Source of the DNA: Scenedesmus sp. PABB004
Taxonomy: Eukaryota
DNA length: 64,000 nucleotides
Assembly: GCA_014905635.1 (NCBI GenBank)
Contig: JABVCE010000005.1
Coordinates: 186,001 to 250,000, forward strand
Reading direction: 5' to 3'
Below are positions 24,974 to 35,879 of the stretch, one piece after another (position 1 is the first letter of the stretch; every line of letters begins with the position of its first letter). The position numbers and the translations under genes are program-made. The notes below the pieces were generated by a model. The model did not search any database. It was not told the DNA's origin and saw only the letters and a list, made by a program, of their open reading frames with translations.

Positions 24974-26205
24974 TGGCGGGCTGCTCAGACATCGGCGGGG
25001 CTGTCGCGACGGAGGGAGGGCGCGAGCGTGCAGGCGTGCGGCGCTGAGGTGTGGGGTCCGGAGGGGGGCGGCGCGGGGGCGGCGCGGGGCAGCGGGGGGC
25101 GTTATGGGGGACTCGTGCGGACGCCGCTCAACAAGGGCCCGCCGACCCGGCGCGAAACCGGCGCCAGCGACCGCCGAAAAGGCCCTGGAGTCGTCAAATG
25201 CCGGATTTCGGCGCGGCACCGCCTGCGGTGCCCTCCCCGCAGCTGGCCGCGCGCTGCGCCGCGCCGCCGCTGCTGCGGCTGACCGCCGAAGAGCTGCGGC
25301 CAGGGGGTGGCCTGCAGAGCGTGCAGGCGCCTCCACCGCCGCCCACCAAGCAGGCCTCCCGCCGCCGCCGCCTGCGCATGGCGCGCGCGGCCGAGGCGGG
25401 CGGGCGACGCGAGGGCTCGTCTCGCTGAGCCCCGTTCGCTCGGGCAGGCCGCCGCCGCTGCCGCCGCCCCCGCCGCCACTGCCCGGTCTCCTGGGTCTGC
25501 CGTCGCCCGCGTCGCCCGCGCCGCCGCTCCTCCGCCCGTCGCCACGGAGCGCCGCCGCCGCGCGCGCTGCCCAGGGAGGAGCGTGCTGTGCCACAGAGCG
25601 GTGGAGCTTGCGTGGCTGCAGCGGCTCCAGCAGGCCGCGCGTCGAGCCGGTGCGCGCTGGCTCGCGGGACGGGGGGCGGTCGCTGGCGCATGCGGGCCGA
25701 GTCCGACCCCCGCCACGGCCGTTGGCCGCGCCCGCACCGCCCGGGGGCCTGCCGGGCGTGCTCGCCGCCCCAGCGGCCGGGCGTGGGCGCAGCGGCAGCG
25801 CCGGCAGGCCGCGGTCCGCCCCGCGGCGGCGCGCCAGCAGCGGCGCGCCCGCTGCTCCGCGCCCGCAGCGGGCCGCCGCGCCGCGGCGTGGCCGCCCGCC
25901 GCCCGCCCACACCCGCGCGCTCCGCCGCCCCAAACCCCTCCCGCGCAGGCGCCGTGCGCCGTGCGGCGTCGGCGCACCGCGACGGCGGGCGTGCGCGCCG
26001 TCCGCGCGCGCCGCGCCGGCGCCGAGGCGCGGTCGCTGAGCGCCGCGCCGCGCCGGGGGCGCCCCTGACGCGCGGCGCCGCTGCTGCTGCTGCGGCGGCG
26101 GCGGCGGCGGCGGCGGCGGGCGGCCCGCGCGACTGCCGCTGACAGCTGCCTGAGCTGTGCTGACAGCTGTCCACCGGCGCGTTCAAACACAGCCGCCAGG
26201 CAGCC

Positions 26206-29200
26206 ATGTGGGGGTTCTTCGCGCTCGGCCTCGTCGGCGTGGGCAGCACCATCGCGGCGCTGCTGCGCCGCTACGCCGCGCCGAGCGTGCCGCTCGTCGT
26301 GAGCGGCGCGACCGCGTACGCGTGGCTGGTGAGCATGAGCATCGTGCTCATCACGCCCATGGACGTCGCCGCCGCGCTCGCACACGCGCCCGAGGCGGCC
26401 ATCGGTGTGCTCTGGAAGATCACGTACTGGTCAACGCAGGCGCGCCGCGCGACGCCGCGACGCGCCGCCGCCGCCTGGCTGGGCGCGGCGCCGCCGCGCC
26501 GCCACCACCCAACGACGGCGCGCACCGCGCCGCGCCACTCCCCCAGTCCCCCCGCCGCCGCCGGTCACGCCCGTGCCCTCGCGCCCCCGCTGCTCGCGCC
26601 CCCGCCCCCGTGCCCGCCTGGCCGCCCCGCCGCGCGCGCAGGTGCTGACGTGGCTGGCGCTGCCGTTCTTCCAGGTCTACGCCGACGCGGGCGACTTCAC
26701 CGTCGGCGGGCGCGCCCTGACCAGCCTCAAGGAGAACGGCCTGCTCTACGGCCTCGCCGCGGCGGCGGGTGCGCGAGCGCGCGCATGTGGCGGGAGGGGG
26801 GGAGGGGGGCACTGGGTGTGTGCACTGCGTGTGTGGGCGTGTGCTGGGCGGCTGGGCACGCGCGCGTGGGGCGTGCGTGGGCGTGCGCGGCCGCCCCTCC
26901 GCGCCCCGCCGCCGGCGCGCGCCAGCGGACGCCCGCCCGCCTCGGCACTGCCGCCCGCCTCCCGCCCACCCACAACCTCCACAACCTCCCGCGCTTTCTC
27001 TGCCCCCACCAGGCGTGGTGGGCCTGCTGGTCATCGTCGTCGTGGAGCGCTCCCTCGCCGCGAGTGACCTGCCCGCGCTGGGCATGGCGCTGTCCAACAC
27101 GTTTGGCCTGTGCGCTGGCATCCTGCTCATGGGGTACGGCCTGGTCGAGATCCCGCGCGAGACGTGGAAGGCCGACCCCGCGCACCAGCTCAAGTGGTGC
27201 GCGCACAGGTGCGGGCGCGGCAAGGGCGCGGCGGCGGCGAGGCGGCGGCGAGGCTGCGGCGGCAAGGCTGCGGCGGCAAGGCGGCGGCGGCAAGGCCGCG
27301 GGGGCGTCAAGGCTGCGGCGCGCCGGGCGAGCCGCCGCTTGCGCGACCGCCGCCGCGGCGCAGGGCGGGTCGGTTTGCTGAGGAGGTGCTGCGCACGACG
27401 GCTGAGCTGGAGAGCGTCGTGACGGTCATCGTGGCCAACGACAAGCAGATGCCGCGCCGCGACCCGCTGCGGCCCTACATGGCGGTGCGACGCCGCGCGC
27501 CGCGCGGCGCGGCGCGGCGGCCGGGCACGGCGCGCGCGCGCCGGCCTCTCGCTGTGTGCTGCGCGGCGCGTGTGAGGCCCCCCGCCGCTGCGCCGCGCCG
27601 CCGCGGCGCGCGCAGATCATCTCGGCAGCCGCCGAGAGCGAGTCGCCGGTCAAGCCGAGCGCCGTGCTGGCGGGGGGGTACGACCTGGACGCGCTGCACG
27701 CGGGTGCGCCGCGCGGCGGCGCCCCGCACCGCATTGGGGGGCCTCGCCGCGCCGCGTGCGCCCGCGCTTCACTCCACCTCCCTCCTCCCTCGCTCGCTCC
27801 GCGCGCACGCTCGCGCGCTCTCTCCGCTCTCGCTCCCCGTCCAAACCGCGGCCGCCCCCTCCTTCAAACTCAATTTCAAACGCCGCCCCCGTCCCCTCAC
27901 CTCATCTCACCTCCCGCCCCGCCAGACGACCTGGAGTACAACTATGACATGGCCGGCCTCGCCGCGCTGCGCCGCCGCCTCGCGGCCGCGATCCACGAGT
28001 TCCAGGCCGCCGCCGCGCAGTACGAGGCCGTCGTGCGCCAGGCGCGCGGCAACGCCTGCCGCGCCGCACGCGGGCCGGCGCGGCGCGCAGCAGGCCCAGC
28101 GCGCTGAAGCGTCCCGCCCTGAGCCCCGCCCGCGCCCGCACCTGTCGGCGCAGGCGCTGGAGCACGAGGCGGTGGTCAAGTGCCGCCAGCTGGGCGTGTA
28201 CGAGCCCCCCGGCCTGCCGCCCGGCGCGACGGGCCTCGCCGCGGCCGTGCGGCGCGCGGCGTGGCGCTGGCGCTGCGTCGCGCAGGTGCGGCGCCGCCCC
28301 TCGCGCGCGCCCCGGCGCGCCTGCTCCCGCGCCCGCTCAGCCGCGCCCGCGCCCGCGCCCGCGCCCCGCCCCGCGTTGGCAGCCGGGCGCGCGCAAGGTG
28401 GTGGCGGCGCTGCTCGCGGCGATGAGCGGCGTGGTGGTGTGGAGCGAGGCGACCATCTTCACCGGCGGCCACCCAGACCTCTCGCCCTTCTCACGTGCCA
28501 TTCGGTGCGCGCCACGCCGCGCGTGCGCGTGCGCCTCGAGCTCCGCCCGCCTGGTCCCCCGCTCACGCACGCTCACGCGCGCTCACGCGCCGCCCGCGCC
28601 GCCGGCCGCGCCGCCGCTCGCGCAGCGGCGCCGCGGGGCGGCAGTGGGGCGCGCAGCTGCTCGTCGCGCTGCCGCTCGGCTACATCTGCTGGTGCACCGC
28701 CTTTGCGCTCTTCCGGCTCAACGCGTTCAACTACAACAAGCTCGCCCCGCGCGCGACGACGGGCGCGGCGCTGATGCAGAACGGCAGCCTCATGGCGCGC
28801 TTTGCCGCGCCGACGTGCTGGAACCTGCTGCACATGGTGCACATGGACGCCGCCGTCGACGCGAGCGGCGCAAAGACCGTCTTCACGCAGGCGCGCGCGC
28901 ACGGAGGGGCGAGCGTGGCGGCGGCCGGGGGGAGGGGCAAGCGCGCGCGCGCGGCGCACGCGCCGCGCCGCGCCGCGCCGCGCGCGCCGCGCGCGCGCGG
29001 CGAGGCGCCCCGCGCGCGCGCGCCGTCACGCGCTGCCGCGCCTGCGGCCGCCTCACCTCACGTCTGCTGCCCGCCGCAGAACATGGGCGGCATGACCGTC
29101 CTGCCGGTGCTGGGGCAGCACCTCAACACCTACCTGCCCGCGCTGCTCGTGCTGCACGTGAGCCTGGTGTGGTTCAACCTCTGGGACCGCCTCGCCGGCG

Positions 29201-30236
29201 CGTGCGTGGGCTCGCGGTTCAGGTTCAACAAGTGAGCCGCCGCGCGTGCGGCGTGGGGTTTGCACCTGGCGCGCCAGGCGGCGCGCTGGGCAGCTCGGCG
29301 GTGCCCGCGCGCGCGCCCTGACGTGGCCCTCTCTCTGTCCCTCTCTGCGCCTGCGTCCTGCCTGCGTCCCTGCCTGCGTCCCTGCCTGCCCACGTGTGCG
29401 GCGGGCAGCGACGACGTGGACGACCAGTACACGGAGAAGGGCCGCCTGCTGCTGCGCAAGGAGGGCGAGGCGCTCGCCAACGGCCTGCGCATCGGCGAGG
29501 TGCTCGCGGCGGACGACCTGGAGCTGCAGCTCCCCGGCTTCAAGCAGCGCAAGCGTGAGGCAGCCCGCGCCGCGCAGCGCCTGCGCAGCGCCGCGCCGCG
29601 CAGCGCCCCCCGCGCAGAGCACGCGCGCCGCCGAGCCCCAGCGCGTGCCGACGTGCCGACGCGTCGACGTGCCGCGACGTGTGCCGCCGCGCAGGGCTGA
29701 GGAAGAAGACCAGCTGGTTCAGCTTCGGCCGCCCCGCGGCCGGCAGCGGCGGCGGCGCCGCCGCGGGCGGCGACGCGGGCGGCGCCGGCGCCGCGGGCGG
29801 CGCGGGCAGCAGCGCGGCCGCGGCGGCGGCCGGCGGCGCCGCCGGGAGCCGCCTGGAGCGGCTGCCCATGCTGGGGTCCATGCTCGCGGGGCGCAGCGAC
29901 GGCGACGCGGCCGGCGAGGGCCGCGCGGGCCTGCTGTCGAGCCTTATGGGCAACAAGTGAGAGAGGGGCCAGGGGCGGGGCAAGAGCGGGGGCTGGGAGC
30001 GCGCGCGTCAGCGGGCTGGGCTGGCGCGGGCGCCGCTGAGCGCCGCCGCCGCCCCCGCCCGCGCGCGCGCGCGCAGGCACGGCGCGAGCCCCGCGAGCAG
30101 CGACGGCGAGGGCGCGCGGTCGGGCCTGGACGGCATCTTTGCCGAGATCTCGACGCCCGCGCCGGGCGGCGGCCGCGGCCGCGGCGGCGGCGGCGGCGGC
30201 GGCGCGGGCACGGCGCGGCGGGGGTCGCGCGGCTGA
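26206..30236 (+). CDS. LMBR1-family (LMBRD2-like) multi-pass membrane protein; multi-exon
   Basis: LLRRYA, ITPMDV, LWKITYWSTQ|VLTWLALPFFQVYADAGDFT, SLKEN, ALSNTFGL..LMGYGLVEIPR, WSE, YLPALL, LWDRL. Confidence 0.93.
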
Positions 30237-30454
30237 GCGCGTGCGTGCGGCCGCTCTGGATTCAATTCACGGTAACAGCGGCAGTGCCGAGACACAAGGC
30301 AAGCAAGCACGGAGCGCGGAGGGTCGGGTCAGGCAGGCACCAGCACAGCACAGCACACCGCGCTCAGCGCGCAAGGCCCGGCGCGCGCAAGGCTCTGCGA
30401 GTTCACCACCTGCGCAGGTGGTGCGCATGCATGCATGCACAGCACGACGCGCAC
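29954..30454 (+). repeat. Direct repeat copy A: last intron, last exon and 3'UTR of the LMBR1-family gene
   Basis: Core 30084-30454 is near-identical to 32823-33191. Weaker similarity extends to the last splice donor (caagtgag..ggggcc). Confidence 0.92.
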
Positions 30455-30533
30455 GTGGCGCAGCCGCCGGCCCGCTCGACTGAAGCTGCTTGTGCCACGG
30501 GTGTTGCTCAACTGGAGCTTGTTGATCAGGCTG

Positions 30534-30618
30534 GTGTGCGCAATGTTAACATTGCTCAACGTTGCGCACACACACCACGGGTGTGCGCAACGTTGAGCAA
30601 TGTTAACATCGCGCACAC
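30534..30618. repeat. Hairpin H1: 38-bp arms with 1 mismatch, 9-nt loop, AT-rich, nested palindromes
   Basis: gtgtgcgcaatgttaacattgctcaacgttgcgcacac / gtgtgcgcaacgttgagcaatgttaacatcgcgcacac. Confidence 0.95.
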
Positions 30619-30623
30619 ACCGT

Positions 30624-30689
30624 GCCGCGCGAGCACCGCGCAGCCCGCGCCGCGCGAGCACCGCGCAGCCCGCGCCGCGCGAGCACCGC
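30624..30689. repeat. Tandem repeat, 25-bp unit x ~2.6
   Basis: Unit gccgcgcgagcaccgcgcagcccgc repeated head-to-tail. Confidence 0.9.
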
Positions 30690-30739
30690 CCGTGCCGCCG
30701 CCCCACCGGGGGCTGCTAGGGCACGGCGAGGGGCCAGCC

Positions 30740-30820
30740 GTCCCTGCCGTTGTACAGGTCCGCGGCAGCGTGGGCCTCAACACCCTGAACTACCCAGCGG
30801 ACCTGTACAACGGCAGGGAC
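30740..30820. repeat. Hairpin H2: perfect 24-bp arms, 33-nt loop
   Basis: gtccctgccgttgtacaggtccgc (30740-30763) / gcggacctgtacaacggcagggac (30797-30820). Confidence 0.95.
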
Positions 30821-30932
30821 CTTGTCGCTGCCCTCCTCGGCGCGGCCGCCGCGCCGGGGTCGTCGCCGTCGTCGCTGCCGCTGCCGCCGCTGCCGCCGCT
30901 GTCGCCACGCCCGCCGCTGCCGCCGCCCTCGA

Positions 30933-31057
30933 CCTCGCCCGTGTGGGGCACCGCCTGGGAGGGCCGCACAGATCTTGCAGCTCAACTTGTTCAGACTCAA
31001 CATGCTGTACGGCAAGATCTGTGCGGCCCTCCAAGGCGGTGCCGCACCCGAGCGAGG
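30933..31057. repeat. Hairpin H3: 32-bp core arms (1 mismatch) with imperfect extension, 33-nt loop
   Basis: ggcaccgcctgggagggccgcacagatcttgc (30947-30978) / gcaagatctgtgcggccctccaaggcggtgcc (31012-31043). Confidence 0.95.
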
Positions 31058-31060
31058 CCG

Positions 31061-31214
31061 GCGAGGCGCGCGCCCGCCGGCTCAGGCGCGCCAACGGCGG
31101 CCACCGCCGTCGCCTCCGGCTCCTCCCGGCTGTGACCAACGATGGGCAGCTGGAGGCGGCGGCGGCGGCCGCCACCGCCGCGGCCGCGGCCGAGCCGGCC
31201 GGCGCGCGGCTCGC
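31061..31214. repeat. Hairpin H4: bipartite stem (26-bp core plus ~21-bp outer stem)
   Basis: Core ggcggccaccgccgtcgcctccggct / agctggaggcggcggcggcggccgcc. Outer gcgaggcgcgcgcccgccggctc / gagccggccggcgcgcggctcgc. Confidence 0.85.
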
Positions 31215-31400
31215 CGCCGCCGCCCAGCGGCAGCAGCAACCGAGCTGCGGTGAGGTCGCGCAGCGCGGCGCCTGCGTCGCCCTGCAGCAGCTCGCCCACC
31301 CGCGCCAGCAGCGCCTGCAGCCCCGCCACCGCCCAGCACGGCGGCGGCAAGCTCGCCGCGAGCGTCGGCGGGCGCGAGCGCGACCAGCGCGCGCCCGCGC

Positions 31401-31498
31401 GCCGGCGGCGGCACCACGAGCTGCGGCGATTGCTCCTCTCCCTCCTAGACGCAGGAGGGAGAGGAGTGATCGGCGCAGCTCGTGGTGCTGCCGCCGGC
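31401..31498. repeat. Hairpin H5: 46-bp stem, 6-nt loop, 3 G-U pairs and 1 mismatch on the + strand
   Basis: gccggcggcggcaccacgagctgcggcgattgctcctctccctcct-agacgc-aggagggagaggagtgatcggcgcagctcgtggtgctgccgccggc. Confidence 0.95.
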
Positions 31499-31701
31499 AC
31501 CGTCCGCGGCGGCACGTCGCGCACGAGTGGCGGCGGCAGGAGCTGCGGCAGCAGAAGCCAGCGGCGGCAGCGGCAGTCGCGCGCCCGCGCCGCGAGCACC
31601 TCGCCGCGCGCTGCGAGCTGCAGCATCGCCTCGGGCGGCGCTGCGACGCCTGGGAGCACGCGCGTGCCCCAGTCGCCAAGCGGGGCCCGCGCGCCGCAGC
31701 T

Positions 31702-31808
31702 CGCGGCGGGCACGCGGGGCGCGCGGCCTGAAGGTCGTCCATCTCGTCCATACACAAAGAGATGGGCAGATCGACGACCTTGAGGCCGCGCTCCGCGTGC
31801 CCGCCGCG
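31702..31808. repeat. Hairpin H6: ~45-bp bulged stem, A-rich 10-nt loop
   Basis: cgcggcgggcacgcgg..gcggcctgaaggtcgtc-catctcgtccat / atgggcagatc-gacgaccttgaggccgcgctccgcgtgcccgccgcg. Confidence 0.9.
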
Positions 31809-31822
31809 CGCCGCGTGCCCGC

Positions 31823-31928
31823 CTCCACCGGCGGCGCGCCCTGGTCGTGCCCGCGCGCCGCAGCTCGCGGGCTGCTTCTGCGCCGGGGGCTGCGACGTGC
31901 GGGCACGACCAGGGCGCGGCCGGTGGAG
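31823..31928. repeat. Hairpin H7: ~40-bp stem
   Basis: ctccaccggc..cgcgccctggtcgtgcccgcgcgccgcagctc / gggctgcgacgtgcgggcacgaccagggcgcg-gccggtggag. Confidence 0.92.
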
Positions 31929-31996
31929 TGCCGCGCCACGCCGCCGGGCACCTCGGCCGTGGGCTGCTGGCGGGTGAGCGACGTGCGCTGCCAGCG

Positions 31997-32100
31997 CGCT
32001 CGCCCCCGGCGCGCGTGGTGCGCGCCGTGCTGGAAGCAGACGCCGAGGCCGGGTTTGCCTTCCAGCACGGCGTGCGCCACGTGCGCCGAGGGGGCGGGCG
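31997..32100. repeat. Hairpin H8: 30-bp core in which all three non-Watson-Crick positions are G-U on the + strand, plus inner and outer stems
   Basis: cggcgcgcgtggtgcgcgccgtgctggaag (32007-32036) / cttccagcacggcgtgcgccacgtgcgccg (32059-32088). Confidence 0.93.
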
Positions 32101-32128
32101 AGTACGCGACGTAGGAGTCGTGCGCCTC

Positions 32129-32215
32129 GTGCGCCGCGTGTCGACATACGTGCAGGTCGGCGGCTCTCGTACGAGAGCCGCCAACCTGCACGTCGCGTGC
32201 ACGCCCGCGGCGCAC
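32129..32215. repeat. Hairpin H9: 46-nt spacerless palindrome (1 mismatch) with outer 10-bp stem
   Basis: acgtgcaggtcggcggctctcgt|acgagagccgccaacctgcacgt at 32148-32193. Outer gtgcgccgcg / cgcggcgcac. Confidence 0.93.
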
Positions 32216-32755
32216 CCCGGGCGCTGCTTTGGCGCGGCACTCAGCGGCGGCGGCGCCGGCAGCAGCGGCGGCGCCATGCCAGCCAGCGCGCGCCGACGGG
32301 GCCGGAGTGGTGCGGGCCTGCGCGGGGGGGGGGGCGCCGGGGCGGCGGGCGCGTCGGCGCGGCCGTCGGCGCAGCAGCGGCGGGCGCCAGCACGCCGCGC
32401 GCGTGCGACGGGGGCGCCGGCGGGCGCGGAGCCGCGCCGAGCGGCCCGCGGGGGTGTGTCCCGGGCGCGTGCGGGGGCGCGCCTGGGGCACGCGCCTCCA
32501 CACGACGGCGGCGCCCTGCGACGCGCTCGCGCCGTCGGCGCTGCTCGCGCGCGCGCAGCGGCCCAGCAGGCCCGCCAGGGCCGCGGTCTCGGGCTTCATG
32601 CTGCCTGTATCGCAATCTGGCGGCGCGGGGAGGGCTGTCAAGGGCTCGCGGGGCCAGCTCGGGCGGGGCCGCGGCGGCACAGCGCCGCGCAGGCGCTGCT
32701 GCATGGGCGGCGACCGCGGGCAGGGCGGGGCTGCGGGCATCTCCGTGGGGCGGGG

Positions 32756-33191
32756 CAAGTGAGGGGCCCGGGCGGGGGGCACACGGCGCGGGCTGTGGCG
32801 CGGGCGCCGCTGAGCCCCGCCGGCGAGCCCCGCGAGCAGCGACGGCGAGGGCGCGCGGTCGGGCCTGGACGGCATCTTTGCCGAGATCTTGACGCCCGCG
32901 CCGGGCGGCGGCCGCGGCCGCGGCGGCGGCGGCGGCGGCGGCGGCGCAGGCACGGCGCGGCGGGGGTCGCGCGGCTGAGCGCGTGCATGCGGCCGCTCTG
33001 GATTCCCAGCCACTCACGGTACAGCGGCAGTGCCGAGACACAAGGCAAGCAAGGACGGCGCGCGGAGGGTCAAGGTCGGGTTCAGGCAGGCACCAGCACA
33101 GCACAGCACAGCACACCGCGCTCAGCGCGCAAGGCCCGGCGCGCGCAAGGCTCTGCGAGTTCACCACCTGCATGCGCAGCACGACGCGCAC
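32756..33191 (+). repeat. Direct repeat copy B: degenerate duplicate of the LMBR1-family gene 3' end (splice acceptor deleted)
   Basis: Matches copy A through SGLDGIFAEI..RRGSRG*, gcagtgccgagacacaaggcaagcaag and ggctctgcgagttcaccacctgc. Lacks the gcgcag acceptor and has several small indels. Confidence 0.92.
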
Positions 33192-33513
33192 TTCCACTAA
33201 CAGGCAGGCCCAGGGCCCCGCCTCGCCGCCGCCGGCCGGCCGCGGATTTCCGCGGCGGGCGCGGCGCAAATCACAGGGAGGGCAGCCGGCTCCAAGCATC
33301 ATCGCGTCAAATGTGGTTATTGACCGCGCGGCGCGCGCCAGCCAGGCCGGCCCGTGCGGCGCCAGCAGCGAAAAATCGGCGCCGCCGCCCGCGCCTGCGC
33401 TGCGCTGCGCTGCGCAGCGCAAGCGCCACACACCCCCTCGCCCCCGCGCCGCACGGGCGGCGCCCGCCGTCGCGGCGCGGCCCCGCCGTCGCGGCGCCCG
33501 CGCGCTCACGCGC

Positions 33514-35077
<1,564 letters not shown>

Positions 35078-35879
35078 GGCCGCGGCGGCGCCTGCGTGTG
35101 CGCGCGCGGGCCGGGCCGGGGCGGCGCGGCGCGGCGCGCTGAGCGGCGGGCGTGCGCTGGGACCGGCGCCGCCCTGCCGCCGCCGGCTCTGCCGGCCGCT
35201 GCAGCTCCGCCCGCAGCCGCCGGAGCAATTGCGCTCGGCGCCGCTGTCGCCGCCGCCGGCTGGGCGGCGCGGCCGGCCGCTGCAGCGGGCCACCCGCCGC
35301 CGAGCGGTTGGCCTCGGCGCCGGCGCCGTCCCGCCGCCACTGGCCGCGCGGCTCCGGCCCTAACTCACGGTAACGTCGGAGCGGCTCACGGCGCGCTGGG
35401 AGGCGCGCTGGTGGGAGCCTGGCGCCGCGGCCGCAGGCGCTGCCAGCTGCGAGCGCGCTGAGTGTGTGAGCGAGCGCGGGAAGGGCCTCTGCTGCGGCTG
35501 GCGATGGTGCTGTGACGATGCTGTGACCGATGCGCGCGGCTGGGGCGGCGATGGGAGGCCAGCGCCGGCGGGCGACCGGGCGGTCGCGGCGGCGGCTTTG
35601 GCGTCGTCGCCCGGGCCCTGCGCACGACCTGCTGTGGGCGGCGCTCAACAGGGCGTCCACACGCACAGCCGACGACAGCACGCGACCGCCGGCGCAGCAG
35701 CAGCAGCGGCCGCCGTCGAGCTCGCCGCGTGCCGTCCGGCCCCCTGGTTTGCTCGGCGGCGCCCCCTGTTCGCACCACACAGACCCCGCCGCCTGCGGCA
35801 CACCGCGCGGCGCACCGCGCAGCGCAGCGGCAGCGGCAGCAGGCCGAGCGGCGAAAGGCGGGCGGCGAGCAGCGCCGCG

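Larger units (their letters stand above)
30534..32215. ncRNA. Cluster of nine long stem-loops; candidate polycistronic small-RNA precursor array
   Basis: Nine inverted repeats verified by hand, stems ~22-50 bp. Function is inferred only. Confidence 0.5.
31215..32599 (-). pseudogene. Possible spliced, coding-like remnant running into or through the hairpin array
   Basis: MKPETAALAGLLGRC exon at 32599, intron-like segment ending at an AG at 32319-32318, and protein-like stretches between hairpins in shifting frames (HEAHDSYVAYSP; WAVAGLQALLARVGELLQGDAGAALRDL). Confidence 0.35.

Noticed and set aside
25100..26150. Possible ncRNA or extra gene in the long spacer upstream of LMBR1
   Set aside because: Only short GC-rich stems and no coding bias. 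Consistent with promoters and 5'UTRs of the divergent genes.
10162..30236. Sulfur/one-carbon gene cluster (cysteine synthase, FolD, SAM-carrier-like, LMBR1)
   Set aside because: The genes are interspersed with unrelated ones, the carrier substrate is uncertain, and the LMBR1 protein looks LMBRD2-like rather than the cobalamin exporter. Likely chance.
30534..32215. CRISPR array interpretation of the hairpin cluster
   Set aside because: No recurring direct repeat separates the units, no cas genes are present, and the context is eukaryotic.
29954..33191. LTR retrotransposon or TRIM interpretation of the direct repeats
   Set aside because: The repeats are the host gene's own last exon and UTR. 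I saw no TG..CA termini, primer-binding site or gag/pol remnants.
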